A DNA stretch of 63,650 nt, filler included, from Octopus bimaculoides (taxonomy: Eukaryota): the NCBI RefSeq assembly GCF_001194135.2. It is 6 parts of 6 records of this genome, joined end to end, with 100 filler letters (N's around TTAATTAATTAA, not from the genome) between each part and the next. Parts side by side here need not be neighbours in the genome. Positions count along the whole stretch, not along the records: positions 51,849 to 56,447 come from NC_069001.1; positions 56,548 to 63,650 come from NC_068984.1; 4 more parts are not named here. One strand, written 5' to 3'. Each line of letters opens with the position of its first letter. Within the stretch, counting starts at the first letter, position 1. A program made the position numbers and the translations under genes. Shown here piece after piece: positions 52,119 through 63,650 of this stretch. The notes beneath the pieces were generated by a model. It was given only the letters and a program-made list of their open reading frames with translations. It had not been told where the DNA came from and made no database searches.

Positions 52119-54233
52119 ACATGTACATATGCATTTATACATGCATATGTACGTACTTACATATATATACACACTCACACACATACACACGTATATATAT
52201 ATACATACACACACTATGTATACACTTGCATACATGCACAACACATAAGCACACACGTACACTCGTGTGCTCGTTTTCTAATCAACGACACGATAAACAC
52301 TGACCTTTTTATACGCAGGCTTATATACCTGTGTTTGGATGTGTATGTATAAATATATATATATATACACATATATATCTGATATATGTGTGTGTGTGTG
52401 TATGTATGTCTGAATGTGTGCGCGTGAGATCTAATCACTGATACGGTATAGGCTGACCCCCCAACGCCCTCATCCCCCAATTACCCCCACCCACCAAGCC
52501 TTCTACCCCGCCCGCACCCCACCCCCTNNNNNNNNNNTTGTTGCAACAGGCTGGGCGCTTTACTGGCACGATCGACGGCCAACAAACTGAAATGAAAAGC
52601 TAACACAACCGTTGGCTGCCATCATTCAGTTTTAATAAGCAAGAGATTTGATTTCAGCCGCTTATGTCAACGATCAACGTTGAATAACAGACCACCTCTT
52701 CCTCTTCTACGTCCTGCTTTTTCTTCCTCCTACTTCTTTTCTCCTCCTCCACCATCCTACATTGTTGATGAAAACACTGACCGTTAGATATTTCACTCAC
52801 AAACCTTCATGTGTATCTATTCTTGTCCGTATTATTTCGCTGTTGATGCTGTTGTTGTTGTTGTTGTTTGAACTTCTGTCTATTTCTTTTTTCTTCTTCT
52901 TTTTCATGTATCATCTTAAACGAACACAAAATTGAATTTGCTTATTCGATTCGTTAGTTTGTTGGTAGTGTTGCTTGTGATAATGATGGTGGTGGTTGTG
53001 ATGGCCGTGGCGCTGGTGTTGGTGTTGGATCCAACACCAACACCAGCGCCACGTAGCAGTAGTAGTTGTAGTAGTAGTATTGGTGAACTATCAGAATCCT
53101 TACCCCGTTGGACAAAATGCTCAGATGCTCTTTACGCTCTCAATTCAAATCCCACCGAAATCGACTTTGCTTTTCATTCCCTCAGTGTCGATAAAATAAA
53201 GTACCAACGTAGTGACCACATTTATTGCTATGGTACAATCCTCCTTTCAAACTTCATCGATTGTTCCTTGGGTTTGTTCGTCTCTCGCTATAGCTTATTT
53301 ATATTGTTTAGGTGTTATAAAGTTTTTTTTTAGTTCGTTTGTTTTTGTGATACCATTTTTACGGTATTAAAAGTACACAGGATATAAGCAGTGTCCTGCA
53401 AAGCCTTTCTCTTTCATTTTTTGCTGTTTGTTTGTGTTTTTGCCACTGCATGAACTTTCAGCAATTTCTATCAAAGGTCCTAGAGTTAAAACAGCAACAA
53501 CAACAACAGAAAACTAGAAACACAAGAAAGCAAACGGGTCAGTATGGGCCCTTAAGCTCACTTTACCCTAAGATTCGCCAAAATCAATAACGTGAGTGAG
53601 AGACGAAATTACTGACGTTGATGTTGTTGTTGCAGTCGTAATTTTCAACGTTGAGAATCAAGGATTATTTGTTGTCACCGGAAGTCTACGAAACTCCTGC
53701 TTCATGGCTTCCGGTCGAGGTTTTTTTTTTTTGCAATGTCTGCTCTATTCGCCATATTTATTTGTTGATACTGTTTGTTCTTCAAGTCACAGTTCACTTG
53801 TTTTTTATGCTGGTCGGTTGGTCGGTTGGCTGGTTAGTTGCTCAGGCTGGTTGGCTGCCTGCATTGTTGTTCCATGGTCGAATGCATCAGTGCAAGTTCT
53901 CTTGTTTTTTTGCAGTATTGTTTAGTTATTGTTATGGCTTCTCTCCCTTGTTTTTATGCATGCGTATGAATGTATGTAAGTATATATATATATATATATA
54001 TGGGCATTTATGCATGTGTAAAAATGTATGTGTACGCGTGGATCTATGCCTGTCTACGCATGCATCTGTATATATTGTATATATATGTGCGTGCATCTCT
54101 GCATATGCATTTGTGCATTTGTCTGTATATGTGTGTGTGTGTGTGTGTATAAGACATTTATGTATCTTTGAATATATGTATGTATGCATGAATTATATAT
54201 GCTTGCATGAATGTATATATATGACTATACATA

Positions 54234-54315
<82 letters not shown>

Positions 54316-55477
54316 TATACGTATGTATGAATATGTTTCTACGACTGTGCTCAAGCATGTGTGTATGTACGCATGTGTCTATATAAATATATGTATGTAT
54401 ATATGCGTAAACATATGTACATGAGCATTTTTGCTCGTGATCTTGTGGGGCCTTTTTTCCTCTAATAGTTTTCTGCTGTTTTATATTTTTAGATATATTG
54501 TCGTTGTTGTGTTTTTGTTGCATTTTATTTCCAGAGTTCTCTTAAAATTTATTTTCCTTGTTTTCTTTTATTTATTATTGTTTTTTTTATCATTTATTTG
54601 TCTTTTCTCTTATCTGGGTGGCAATGTTGAGCGTTTAATTTAGATCAAAGTGTAAATCTAACATGGCCGCCATAACTCATTCACTCACTTCCCTCTTTCA
54701 TCGGTATATATATATATATATACACACACACAAATACATACATACATATCTTTTTTATTTTGTCTATTCATACGAGAGTCCGACATTTCTGAATATGTTC
54801 CTATGTAACAATCCCTTCCAGTCAAGCCTTGTAAGTTCTCATTTTTACAGAACACACCATTCGGTTATTCATCAATCCTGTCATTCAATCATTTGTCTAT
54901 TCATTTATGCCCTTCATTCATTTATTCTCTTCCAACCAGGAGACTTACAAAGTTCTGATTTTTATGGAACATATCATTCGGTTATTCATATATTCCATCA
55001 ATCAATAACTGGTTAATTTATTTATGTATTTTTATCATTTGAACGTTTAAATTATTCATTCAGTAATTCTTTCATTCATATCTTCGTTTGTTCGTTCATT
55101 CATCCATTCTTCCATTCAAGAAGACAATATTCAAACTGTTTGTATTCGGTTATCCTCCACTTTGATTCTCTCATTCCTTTCAATCAAATTTTTCGTATTT
55201 TCTGAGGAAAATTTGAGAACTTAATGAAAAAAACAAACATAAAGTCAGTAGTCTCTTCAAGTTTGAAAGTAATTTTGCAACACACACACACATCCTATAA
55301 TGGAAACAGCAGTAAACTAATGAAGTACATAAGATAAATCGTGTTATTCTCTTGCTATCTCCTTTTCTTGTGCGCGCGTGCGTGCGTGCGTGCGTGCGTG
55401 CGTTCGTGTGTGTGTGTGCGCTGAGTGGGTCTGTGTGTCTCTATATATGTTTGTACGTATATCATAAGAGATTAGTT

Positions 55478-55870
55478 TAAGGCAGCGAGCTGGCAGAATC
55501 GTTAGCACGCCGGAAGGGATACTTAACGGTATTTCTTCTGTCGTTGCGATCTGAGTTCAAATTCCGTAAGGGTCGACTTTGATTTTCATCCTTTCGGGGT
55601 TGATAAATTAAGTGCCAGTTGCGTACTGGGGTCTATCTAATCGACTGGCACCCCCTCCCCCAAAATTTATGGCCTTGTGCTCAGAGTAGAAAAAGAATCG
55701 TTAGCACGCCGGGCAAAACGCTTAGCAGCATTTCGCCCGTCTTTACGTTCAAATTCCGCCGAGGACAACATTGCCATTCATCCTTTCGGGGTCGATAAAT
55801 TAAGAACCAATTGAGTACTGAGGCTGGCATCATCGACAACCCAATCCCCCAAAATTTCAGGTCTTGTCTG
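55478..55870 (+). mobile_element. Two head-to-tail SINE family B copies
   Basis: gaatcgttagcacgcc..catcctttcggggt.gataaattaag occurs twice (55496 and 55696). Confidence 0.85.
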
Positions 55871-57248
55871 TATTGCAAACTGGTTTATTAGGGGCTAGTT
55901 TACAGAGTTGACTTGGGTTTAAATTTAGGTGAACTTGTTTCACAACTGGGCCATTAGTTGCGAAACGAGATAACCAAGGATCGAAGAAGAGCTAAGCCTG
56001 TACTTTATTAGGCCCCGACAAACTTTAATAATGCATTTTACGTCGGTCAGTAGGGCTTCATCTTTCCCACAAACAAGAATGCAGACATAAATACAGACGT
56101 GCATGCAAACATCTATACATACATATGTACAAACACAAATGCATACTTACTTACACACACACACACACACACATATATGGGTTTAACAATTCCGTTTAAC
56201 GTATTCATAAGTTTCATTTTATATGTGTGTCTGTGTGCGCGGGCGTATGTGTGTATTTATACATACATACATATATATATATATATACATAGCTACATAT
56301 ATGTGTGTATGTATATATATATATATATATATACATATATATGTATGTTTATAAGTATATATACATATATATATGTATGTTTATAAGTATATATATATAT
56401 ATATATGTATGTTTATAAGTATATATATATATATATGTATGTTTATANNNNNNNNNNNNNNNNNNNNNNNNNNNNNNNNNNNNNNNNNNNNTTAATTAAT
56501 TAANNNNNNNNNNNNNNNNNNNNNNNNNNNNNNNNNNNNNNNNNNNNATATATTCCATCTGCTGACAAGCGCATCTTGTATTCAATGAAATCATATCATT
56601 GCATATATATTTTTTCGATCAAAACTTTTGTTTTTCTCTTTCACTGAGGCCTACCGCTTTGTACAAAAAAAAAATCATTTCGGTATAACTATGAAATATT
56701 TACAGATATAATTGCAAACTGCCATTCTCCGTACGTTAATTTCAAATTCTATTTTCAATATCGATTTCCATCATTCGAACACTTCGAGTTTATGTATTCG
56801 TTTGTAGATGTCTCGGATCTGCTTTGGACTATATAAAGCGTCAAACACAATACGAACTTCTTTGCAATTTTGCCGACAAAAGCATCGCGTTGTTATACAT
56901 TTCTATCTAGGTAGATCCGACGGCCATAAATACAATATGCCTGGAGATATAACACACTAACACTCACTCATTCACTCACTCACTCACTCACTCACTCACT
57001 CACCCACTCACTCGCTCACACGGACACTCACACACAAATATTTTAATACTTGAAATCTGTTTTCGCATTATATGTGCGTATGTGTGCGTCATAAAGAGAT
57101 GCATCTAATAACATTTAAATAACAAAAATGCATGTAATAAAAAATACAATAATAAAAATATAGTGAATATGCATGTCCATATATGTGTGTGTATATGTAT
57201 GTGTACATTCATATACACACGTATATGTACATTATAAATATATACACA

Positions 57249-57280
<32 letters not shown>

Positions 57281-58188
57281 CAAATACATACGTACATAAT
57301 GGCACTCTCACAATTGGCATTTCTATTATAGACAGTTATATGTTTGGCCACTTTGATTTCGATTTTTTATTCTTTTTGCACGCTTTATTGTGCGTTATAG
57401 CAATGCATTGATGTTCAGTCGTACGGCAGACGTTTGATGAAATGAAGGTATTAGTAACGTTTTATGAATTTCTTTTGTTGGCGTGATGTGGATTGTCAGA
57501 ATATAAAGTAATAATTTATTACTACACTTACTGAACACCAAACCCCGATATAAAATATTATCAATTTTATTTCTAAAGGGAATTGCAGGAACAATTGTTA
57601 AGCTAGTCTCTATCTCATTAATGCCTAATGTATATTCATAAAATAATTTATGAAGTAGAATACCGTTAAATAGAATATCACGCATCATGACTGCTTAACA
57701 GTGAGGCATATGAAAGCATTCTCAACGAATGTAATTTATTAATATGTCTAAATCACATTTAGTTATGGTGCAAATTATTTCGAATAGCCCCGCAGAAATG
57801 TCATAATTCATTTCTACTCGGTGCTGTTGAAATAAATTCATTTTCAGAAGTGCAAAACAGTATTGTAGTTATCCACCACCAGTATTACCAACACCACCAC
57901 CACCAAAAACAATTCTGGTTTTCTGATCTTGAATCATCCACGTCTTGTTTGTCCCTATCACAGGCCTCTTCCTCGCTAAAACTTTCTCTTAGGCCATGAG
58001 AATTGACTACAAGGAAGGAATCCCTAAAGAATGACACTCTTCCGGACAAAGAAAGATGTTGATCAATATCATTTTCATATCTGAGCAAATCTTTTTTTCT
58101 TTTACGGTTGCAACGAGGGTGGTTGTATGCATCTAGGCTTTGCTACCTGCTATGTTGCCTTTCAGAAAGTTTGGAACGTCATTCAACC

Positions 58189-58483
58189 CAATGGTTTTCA
58201 AACTGTGGTCCGCGGACCACAGGGGTCCGGAAGGACAAGACAGGGGGTCCGTGAACAGCAAATACTTTTTATGGGCAATTTGATTTTATATATGGTTTTA
58301 ATCGAAATCTTTTAATTGACAATAAACCTATTTGTTAAATACTGTTAAATAAACAAATGTAAAAATATATGTTATTTTAAGCAAATATTTATGTATAAAT
58401 TTCATAAGCGTTTATAAGGGGGTCCCTAAAGTAAAGCCTGAAATATAAAGGGGTCCGCAAGTCAAAAAGTTTGAAAACCCCTG
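58189..58483. mobile_element. hAT (Charlie-type) MITE, 295 bp
   Basis: TIRs CAATGGTTTTCAAAC / GTTTGAAAACCCCTG; exact 8-bp TSD ATTCAACC at 58181-58188 and 58484-58491. Confidence 0.95.
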
Positions 58484-59265
58484 ATTCAACCGATGAAACA
58501 TCATCTAAGATGTTATAATTTTGGTTTTCTTATTCTTCAGCATAATTTCTTCAGCATCATTTGTGCTAACATTTATCAGCAGAGAAATTTGCGTCGTAGA
58601 TCAATGTGTATCGATCTGTCCCAGATAGCTTCTACTTCACTGACATTTAGACTCTCAGAGATCACAACACGCATGTATTTTAAGTGGTCGTTGTCTTAAG
58701 CAATCGTGCATATTTGGTTTTGTCCTCAGAGAATGTTCTTCCCGATTTAAAACGCTGGTTCTCCTTTTGATAGTGCATGTAGATCAAACAATCCTACCCA
58801 TACTCCTTTTGCAATACATGAAAAGTGACTACTTTCTGAATGTTAAACAGACACTCCGTTCTTTGAAAACCTACGTTGTTTCACTTGTAGCAAATGCTCC
58901 ACTTGCAGCAACTGTTTCACTCTTAACGAATCACCAAGTACAAAAACATACAATCACACTAGATCCATGACTACCTAACGTATCGTCAAACAACTTTTAT
59001 TAATTTGAAGAGCGAAGTTACTCAGGAGTGGCACTGCAGTCATGAGCATACTGTATTAGATCTGTTGGCGGGTGGTTTTCCAAAGCTTGGTTTCAGTTTC
59101 GACACACACTGTAGTATATTTCAGAATGTATTATCAAAACTATGTCGGTTCCAATTTTGTGGAGTTGGTAGGGTGGAAAAAATTCAAATATAATTCCTCG
59201 AATATCAATTGGCAATATAGATTAACCTTCATTCGCTCGATAATAATGATCAATATGGAAATGAT

Positions 59266-59376
59266 CAAGAAGAAGAAGACGAAGAAGAAGAAGAAGAAGA
59301 AGAAGAAGAAGAAGAAGAAGAAGAAGGCGGAGGAGGAGGAGGCGGAGGAGGTGGAGGATGAGAAGAAGAAGAAGAA

Positions 59377-59423
<47 letters not shown>

Positions 59424-59515
59424 AGAAGGAGGAGCAGGAGGAGGAGGAGCAGGAGGAGGAGGAGTACAATGTAAAGTAGGAGGAGGAGGAGCAAGAAGAG
59501 GTAGTGGAGATGAAG
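59266..59515. repeat. Compound (AAG)/(GAG)n microsatellite
   Basis: Direct reading. Confidence 0.95.
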
Positions 59516-59912
59516 GCTAATACGAATGAAAATTTCATATATATTCATCATTAAAGACACCATAAAATGACGTAATAAACCATTGAAGTTGTACGAAATA
59601 CTTGATGACTGATAATAAATTATTCATGCAGTATTTTTTATTATTCTGTAAAAGTTTCATTACAGGCTTGCTGCCTTATTTACTTATGAATATATCTATA
59701 TACAGTATAATTTATTATCTAGACATTTAAGAACATATCAAGTTCAGATTTCAATATACATTCATGCGTACTTACGTACGCATACGCACACACAATATAT
59801 ATGCACACGTACTTACATACACACACACACACGCACATATATAGATGCAGATATAGATATACGCATATCTTAAACATATACAGTATATACAGGTATATAG
59901 CTAAATAAATAA

Positions 59913-59943
<31 letters not shown>

Positions 59944-61234
59944 NNNNNNNNNNNNNNNNNNNNNNNNNNNNNNNNNNNNNNNNNNNNNNNNNNNNNNNNN
60001 NNNNNNNNNNNNNNNNNNNNNNNNNNNNNNNNNNNNNNNNNNNNNNNNNNNNNNNNNNNNNNNNNNNNNNNNNNNNNNNNNNNNNNNNNNNNNNNNNNNN
60101 NNNNNNNNNNNNNNNNNNNNNNNNNNNNNNNNNNNNNNNNNNNNNNNNNNNNNNNNNNNNNNNNNNNNNNNNNNNNNNNNNNNNNNNNNNNNNNNNNNNN
60201 NNNNNNNNNNNNNNNNNNNNNNNNNNNNNNNNNNNNNNNNNNNNNNNNNNNNNNNNNNNNNNNNNNNNNNNNNNNNNNNNNNNNNNNNNNNNNNNNNNNN
60301 NNNNNNNNNNNNNNNNNNNNNNNNNNNNNNNNNNNNNNATATATATATATATATATATATATATAGTATTAATAAAATAGGAAATGGAATGTGCAATAGA
60401 CTTTATTGGGTACAACACATGTTTTGACCCGTTCTGGGTCTCACTAGAAATTTCTCACTAGAAATTTCTTGAGTCAGCTATACGTCCATCACATTTCAGA
60501 ATGAGTAATATATCGCATAACTGGATAGCTATTCACTCTCCTGAGTTCATTCGCATTGTCATAGGTCTTCTTTTTCACCCCGAAGGTGGCCCAAAACATA
60601 GCCTACAGACCAAGTAGACTATGCAAGAGAATATACAAGCTTACATGTTACATATAACAGGTAGCACTCAAGAGCAACCTAATATATGTGTATGTGTGTG
60701 TGCGTGAATGTGTGTGTGAGCATCTTTATATGCATGCACACACATATAGATGATATGTGCTTGTACATGAATAACGAAAGAGAAGGGAGGAGTAAATTTA
60801 TGTAGTTGAGAATTTCGTTTCCTAATGGTAAGATTCGGGCTCTTCCACTCTATACTCGTATGTCAAAGGAAGTGCGTTTGAACGTCTGTGTTTATCCGTG
60901 CATATGTGCGTTTGTGCGTAAAGACAAACTGGGAGATGTGCTTTGAAGAGTGTAGACACAGTTAAGCTATGCATTTTGCCTTTTACCTGTTACTTCTTTC
61001 ACTCATTGATTTGCAATAATGCAAAGCCACTAACTTGAAGTGTTTTTATTCGATGAAATCGTACCCACTACTTCTTTTTAGACTCTGATACTTATTGGTT
61101 CGTTCCTTTATACCCAACCACTAAGTTGCGAGAATATAAACAAACTAAAGCCCGTTCTCAAGCGGTGTGTTGACAGACACAAACATTACGACACAGACAT
61201 ATACATACAGACAACCATACACACATATGTATGT

Positions 61235-61380
61235 ATGTATGTACGACGGGCTTCTTTCAGTTTTCGTCTACCAATGCTTTCATCGGTCCGGTGCTATACT
61301 AAAAGGTACATGCCCAAGTTTTCAGACAGAAGGATTAGATACAAAATCATGTGGTTGGGAGGTAAATTTCTTAACACAGC
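61235..61380 (-). mobile_element. SINE family A, 5' part (diverged)
   Basis: cgacgggcttctttcagttt.cgtcta matches 39737-39762. Confidence 0.7.
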
Positions 61381-63384
61381 CTCGTATACGCTCACTGAAT
61401 AGAAAAAAATTAGAAGCTTTACGAATTACTTTCATAGTTGTTCATCCTTCATCAAAGAAGACTTACCCTGATTTTCATCACACTCATCTGAAGTAATTTT
61501 ATCAACTATGTACAGTAGGTATATCTCCAACTTTCTCTGTAAGAGATATTTTAATGTATAGGTATATGCTTTTTACAACTAGGGATTAATTAAATAATGT
61601 AAAACTACGCGTAGTAACATGTTAAAATAGACACCGTAAAATAATATGTTTGACCCCCACCACCTTATCTTTGAATGTAGAGGGAAAAGACTCCTGGAAT
61701 TATTAGATAATTTCTTTTGAAATCAGAAATGTTTCACCTTTTGGGTCGAATCAGAGTCTTTTATTATTTTCGTGTGCCCACCCAAGCTTTCTGAGAAGAT
61801 TCCGGCTGTGACAAACCGATTCTGCCTTAGGATATCGTTAAGTGTAGACTGTAGAATACTCTGCCAATAATACGCTAACACATGGAGAATGTAGTTCAGT
61901 TTATCAACCTACAGAGTTCTCATCGTCAAAACACATGTACATCCATTTGCTTTTCAAAGATTGATCTAAATGTAGTCGGATTGGTAGATATGCATAACCA
62001 GACTACACTGATGGATACGAACTATCAGGGTTGCTAGAACTATATATTTCTTTCTATTTAATCGAAATTTATGTTCATCTCATATATCTTTTTACTTTCT
62101 CATAGCGCTTGGTATTATCATTGAGTCGAACGCTTAAATAGCAAGTAAAAAAAAAAAGACGTATGTGTCGATAACGTTTAGATATTTAGTATTGATATAC
62201 TTTTCAATATTTCTATGCAGATTTCTTTTCTTGTGCATTCTGCTTAAAGAATGATCACAGTCCTTGATTCCATTGGATAACAATGATTCCTTGATAAAAT
62301 CAAAAGGCAGCAGTATGTTGTATTTATTTACTTCTGATTTTTTTCCCTTTCTAATACATTTTACTGAGTAAATCTGAAACAGCATCGAGAATTGCCAATT
62401 TCTCTATATAGCGAGAAATAAAAAATTCAGAACTTGGATAATATTATAACTAATATCATATGTTGATATCGGTTCTATGTATCTCAACAAAATCTGTTTT
62501 GATAAGAATTACTATAATTATTTCTCAGCTTGATAATGGAAAACGAACTATTGTATAAACATGAAGTGTTGTTCTAAAATAGATTACTTGACTATAGGTT
62601 TTAAGGAAAAGATGTACTCGTGTGTATTGGTAGTAATCACAAATACCTGAAGCTAAACTATTCGAAATGAAAATCAAATCTGGTTTATGAAATTGGTTTA
62701 TCGAGAACTTATAACCACGCGTCTAGATCCAGCATAATATCCGATAAACGATATCATTACAAATTAACGAGGAAGTCTCTACACAATTATTAATTCTGCT
62801 AGTAATAGTAGACGAATGTTCTCAAATCACAATCTAAAACCAAAAATAGAGTAAGATACATTGAACAATACAATACCTAATATTGAAAAACACAACATGT
62901 CTGACTCGGCTTTAAATATTGGATCTTCTGGACCAGATTTGACCTGACACTAGGCAGCAACATTAACAAATATAGTATTGATAGCTTCTTAATTCATAAT
63001 TCAACAGATGATCTCTTTAAAATATCCGAAATAGCAGCGCACTAGTAGTATACTGTGTTCCCTGTTATATGTCTACATTTTAAACTTGGAGATATAAATT
63101 GTTATTTGTAATATATTGATTATTGTAGGTGGGAGAAAAGTCGATAAAAACAAATTTTAATACTTAAATAATAAGCAGTTTATCGATTCAGAGGGGATTA
63201 AAGGCAAATTTGGATTCGGCAGAATTTGAATTCAGAGCAACAAGGGGTCTTGTCTTAAGACAGCAAAACATTTTGTCTGCCGATTTCTTGATTCTTTCAT
63301 TCAATTGTTGGGAGAAAAGTAGAAAAAAGAAGATGGTGCCCATTTATCTCCTGCGCAGATATGAAATGAAGCAGATATATACTT

Positions 63385-63590
63385 TTATTCTTTTAACTGC
63401 TTCAGTCATTTGACTGTGGTCATGCTGGAGCACCGTCTTAAAGGACTTAAATCGAAGAAATCGCCCCCAGGACTTATTCTTTGTAAGCATAGTACTTTTC
63501 CTATCGCTCTCGTTTGTCGAACCACGTAGATACGTAGACGTAAACACACCAACATTACTTGTCAAGCGATGGTCAGGGGACAAACAAAGA
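63385..63590 (-). mobile_element. SINE family A, 3' half
   Basis: tttcagtc/cttcagtc..catgctggagcacc..gacttattctttgtaagc..gtaaacacacca matches 39450-39620. Confidence 0.8.
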
Positions 63591-63650
63591 TGCAAAGAGA
63601 CACGCACATACCTATATAGAGAGACACGCACATGACTATATATATATATA

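Noticed and set aside
20214-56503. TTAATTAATTAA inside five gaps (20214, 29892, 50103, 51793, 56492)
   Set aside because: Identical 12-mer centred in N-runs, with stops in all six frames: a scaffolding spacer marking unsized gaps
57395-58088. Minus-strand ORFs 57395-57688 and 57885-58088
   Set aside because: No recognisable homology or convincing splice boundaries
58500-59220. Decayed coding-like region with a possible pogo FxPP motif
   Set aside because: Too degenerate to assign
3500-60418. Long ORFs containing X runs or poly-I/Y/N/K/E/L/CV/HT stretches
   Set aside because: They are read-through of N-gaps and microsatellites, not genes
1-63650. CRISPR arrays, rRNA or prokaryote-type operons
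   Set aside because: No repeat-spacer arrays, rRNA-like sequence or gene-dense blocks; the sequence is eukaryotic

Overview
AT-rich, microsatellite-dense, gapped eukaryotic draft sequence. The SINE families and repeat style suggest a cephalopod (Octopus); this is an inference. Only one host gene is identifiable: a single 1,173-nt minus-strand coding exon (42917-44089) encoding the C-terminal ~390 aa of PIBF1/CEP90. Its 5' half is not visible in the window. The rest is mostly decayed transposable elements: several Penelope-like elements (one with an Asn-rich expanded linker and a candidate minimal hammerhead ribozyme), R4/Dong-, HERO-, Tx1- and CR1/L2-type LINE fragments, Helitrons, Tigger/pogo, mariner, hAT, two MITEs with clear TIR/TSD and four or more SINE families. 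Most long ORFs in the supplied track are artefacts of N-gaps or microsatellites. Element calls come from motif recognition by eye, without database searches. I found no clear new biological system. The best leads are the intron-free PIBF1 half within a CpG-depleted domain, the PLE linker and ribozyme, Dong-like copies stacked in (TAA)n, and a possible 4-nt microexon.
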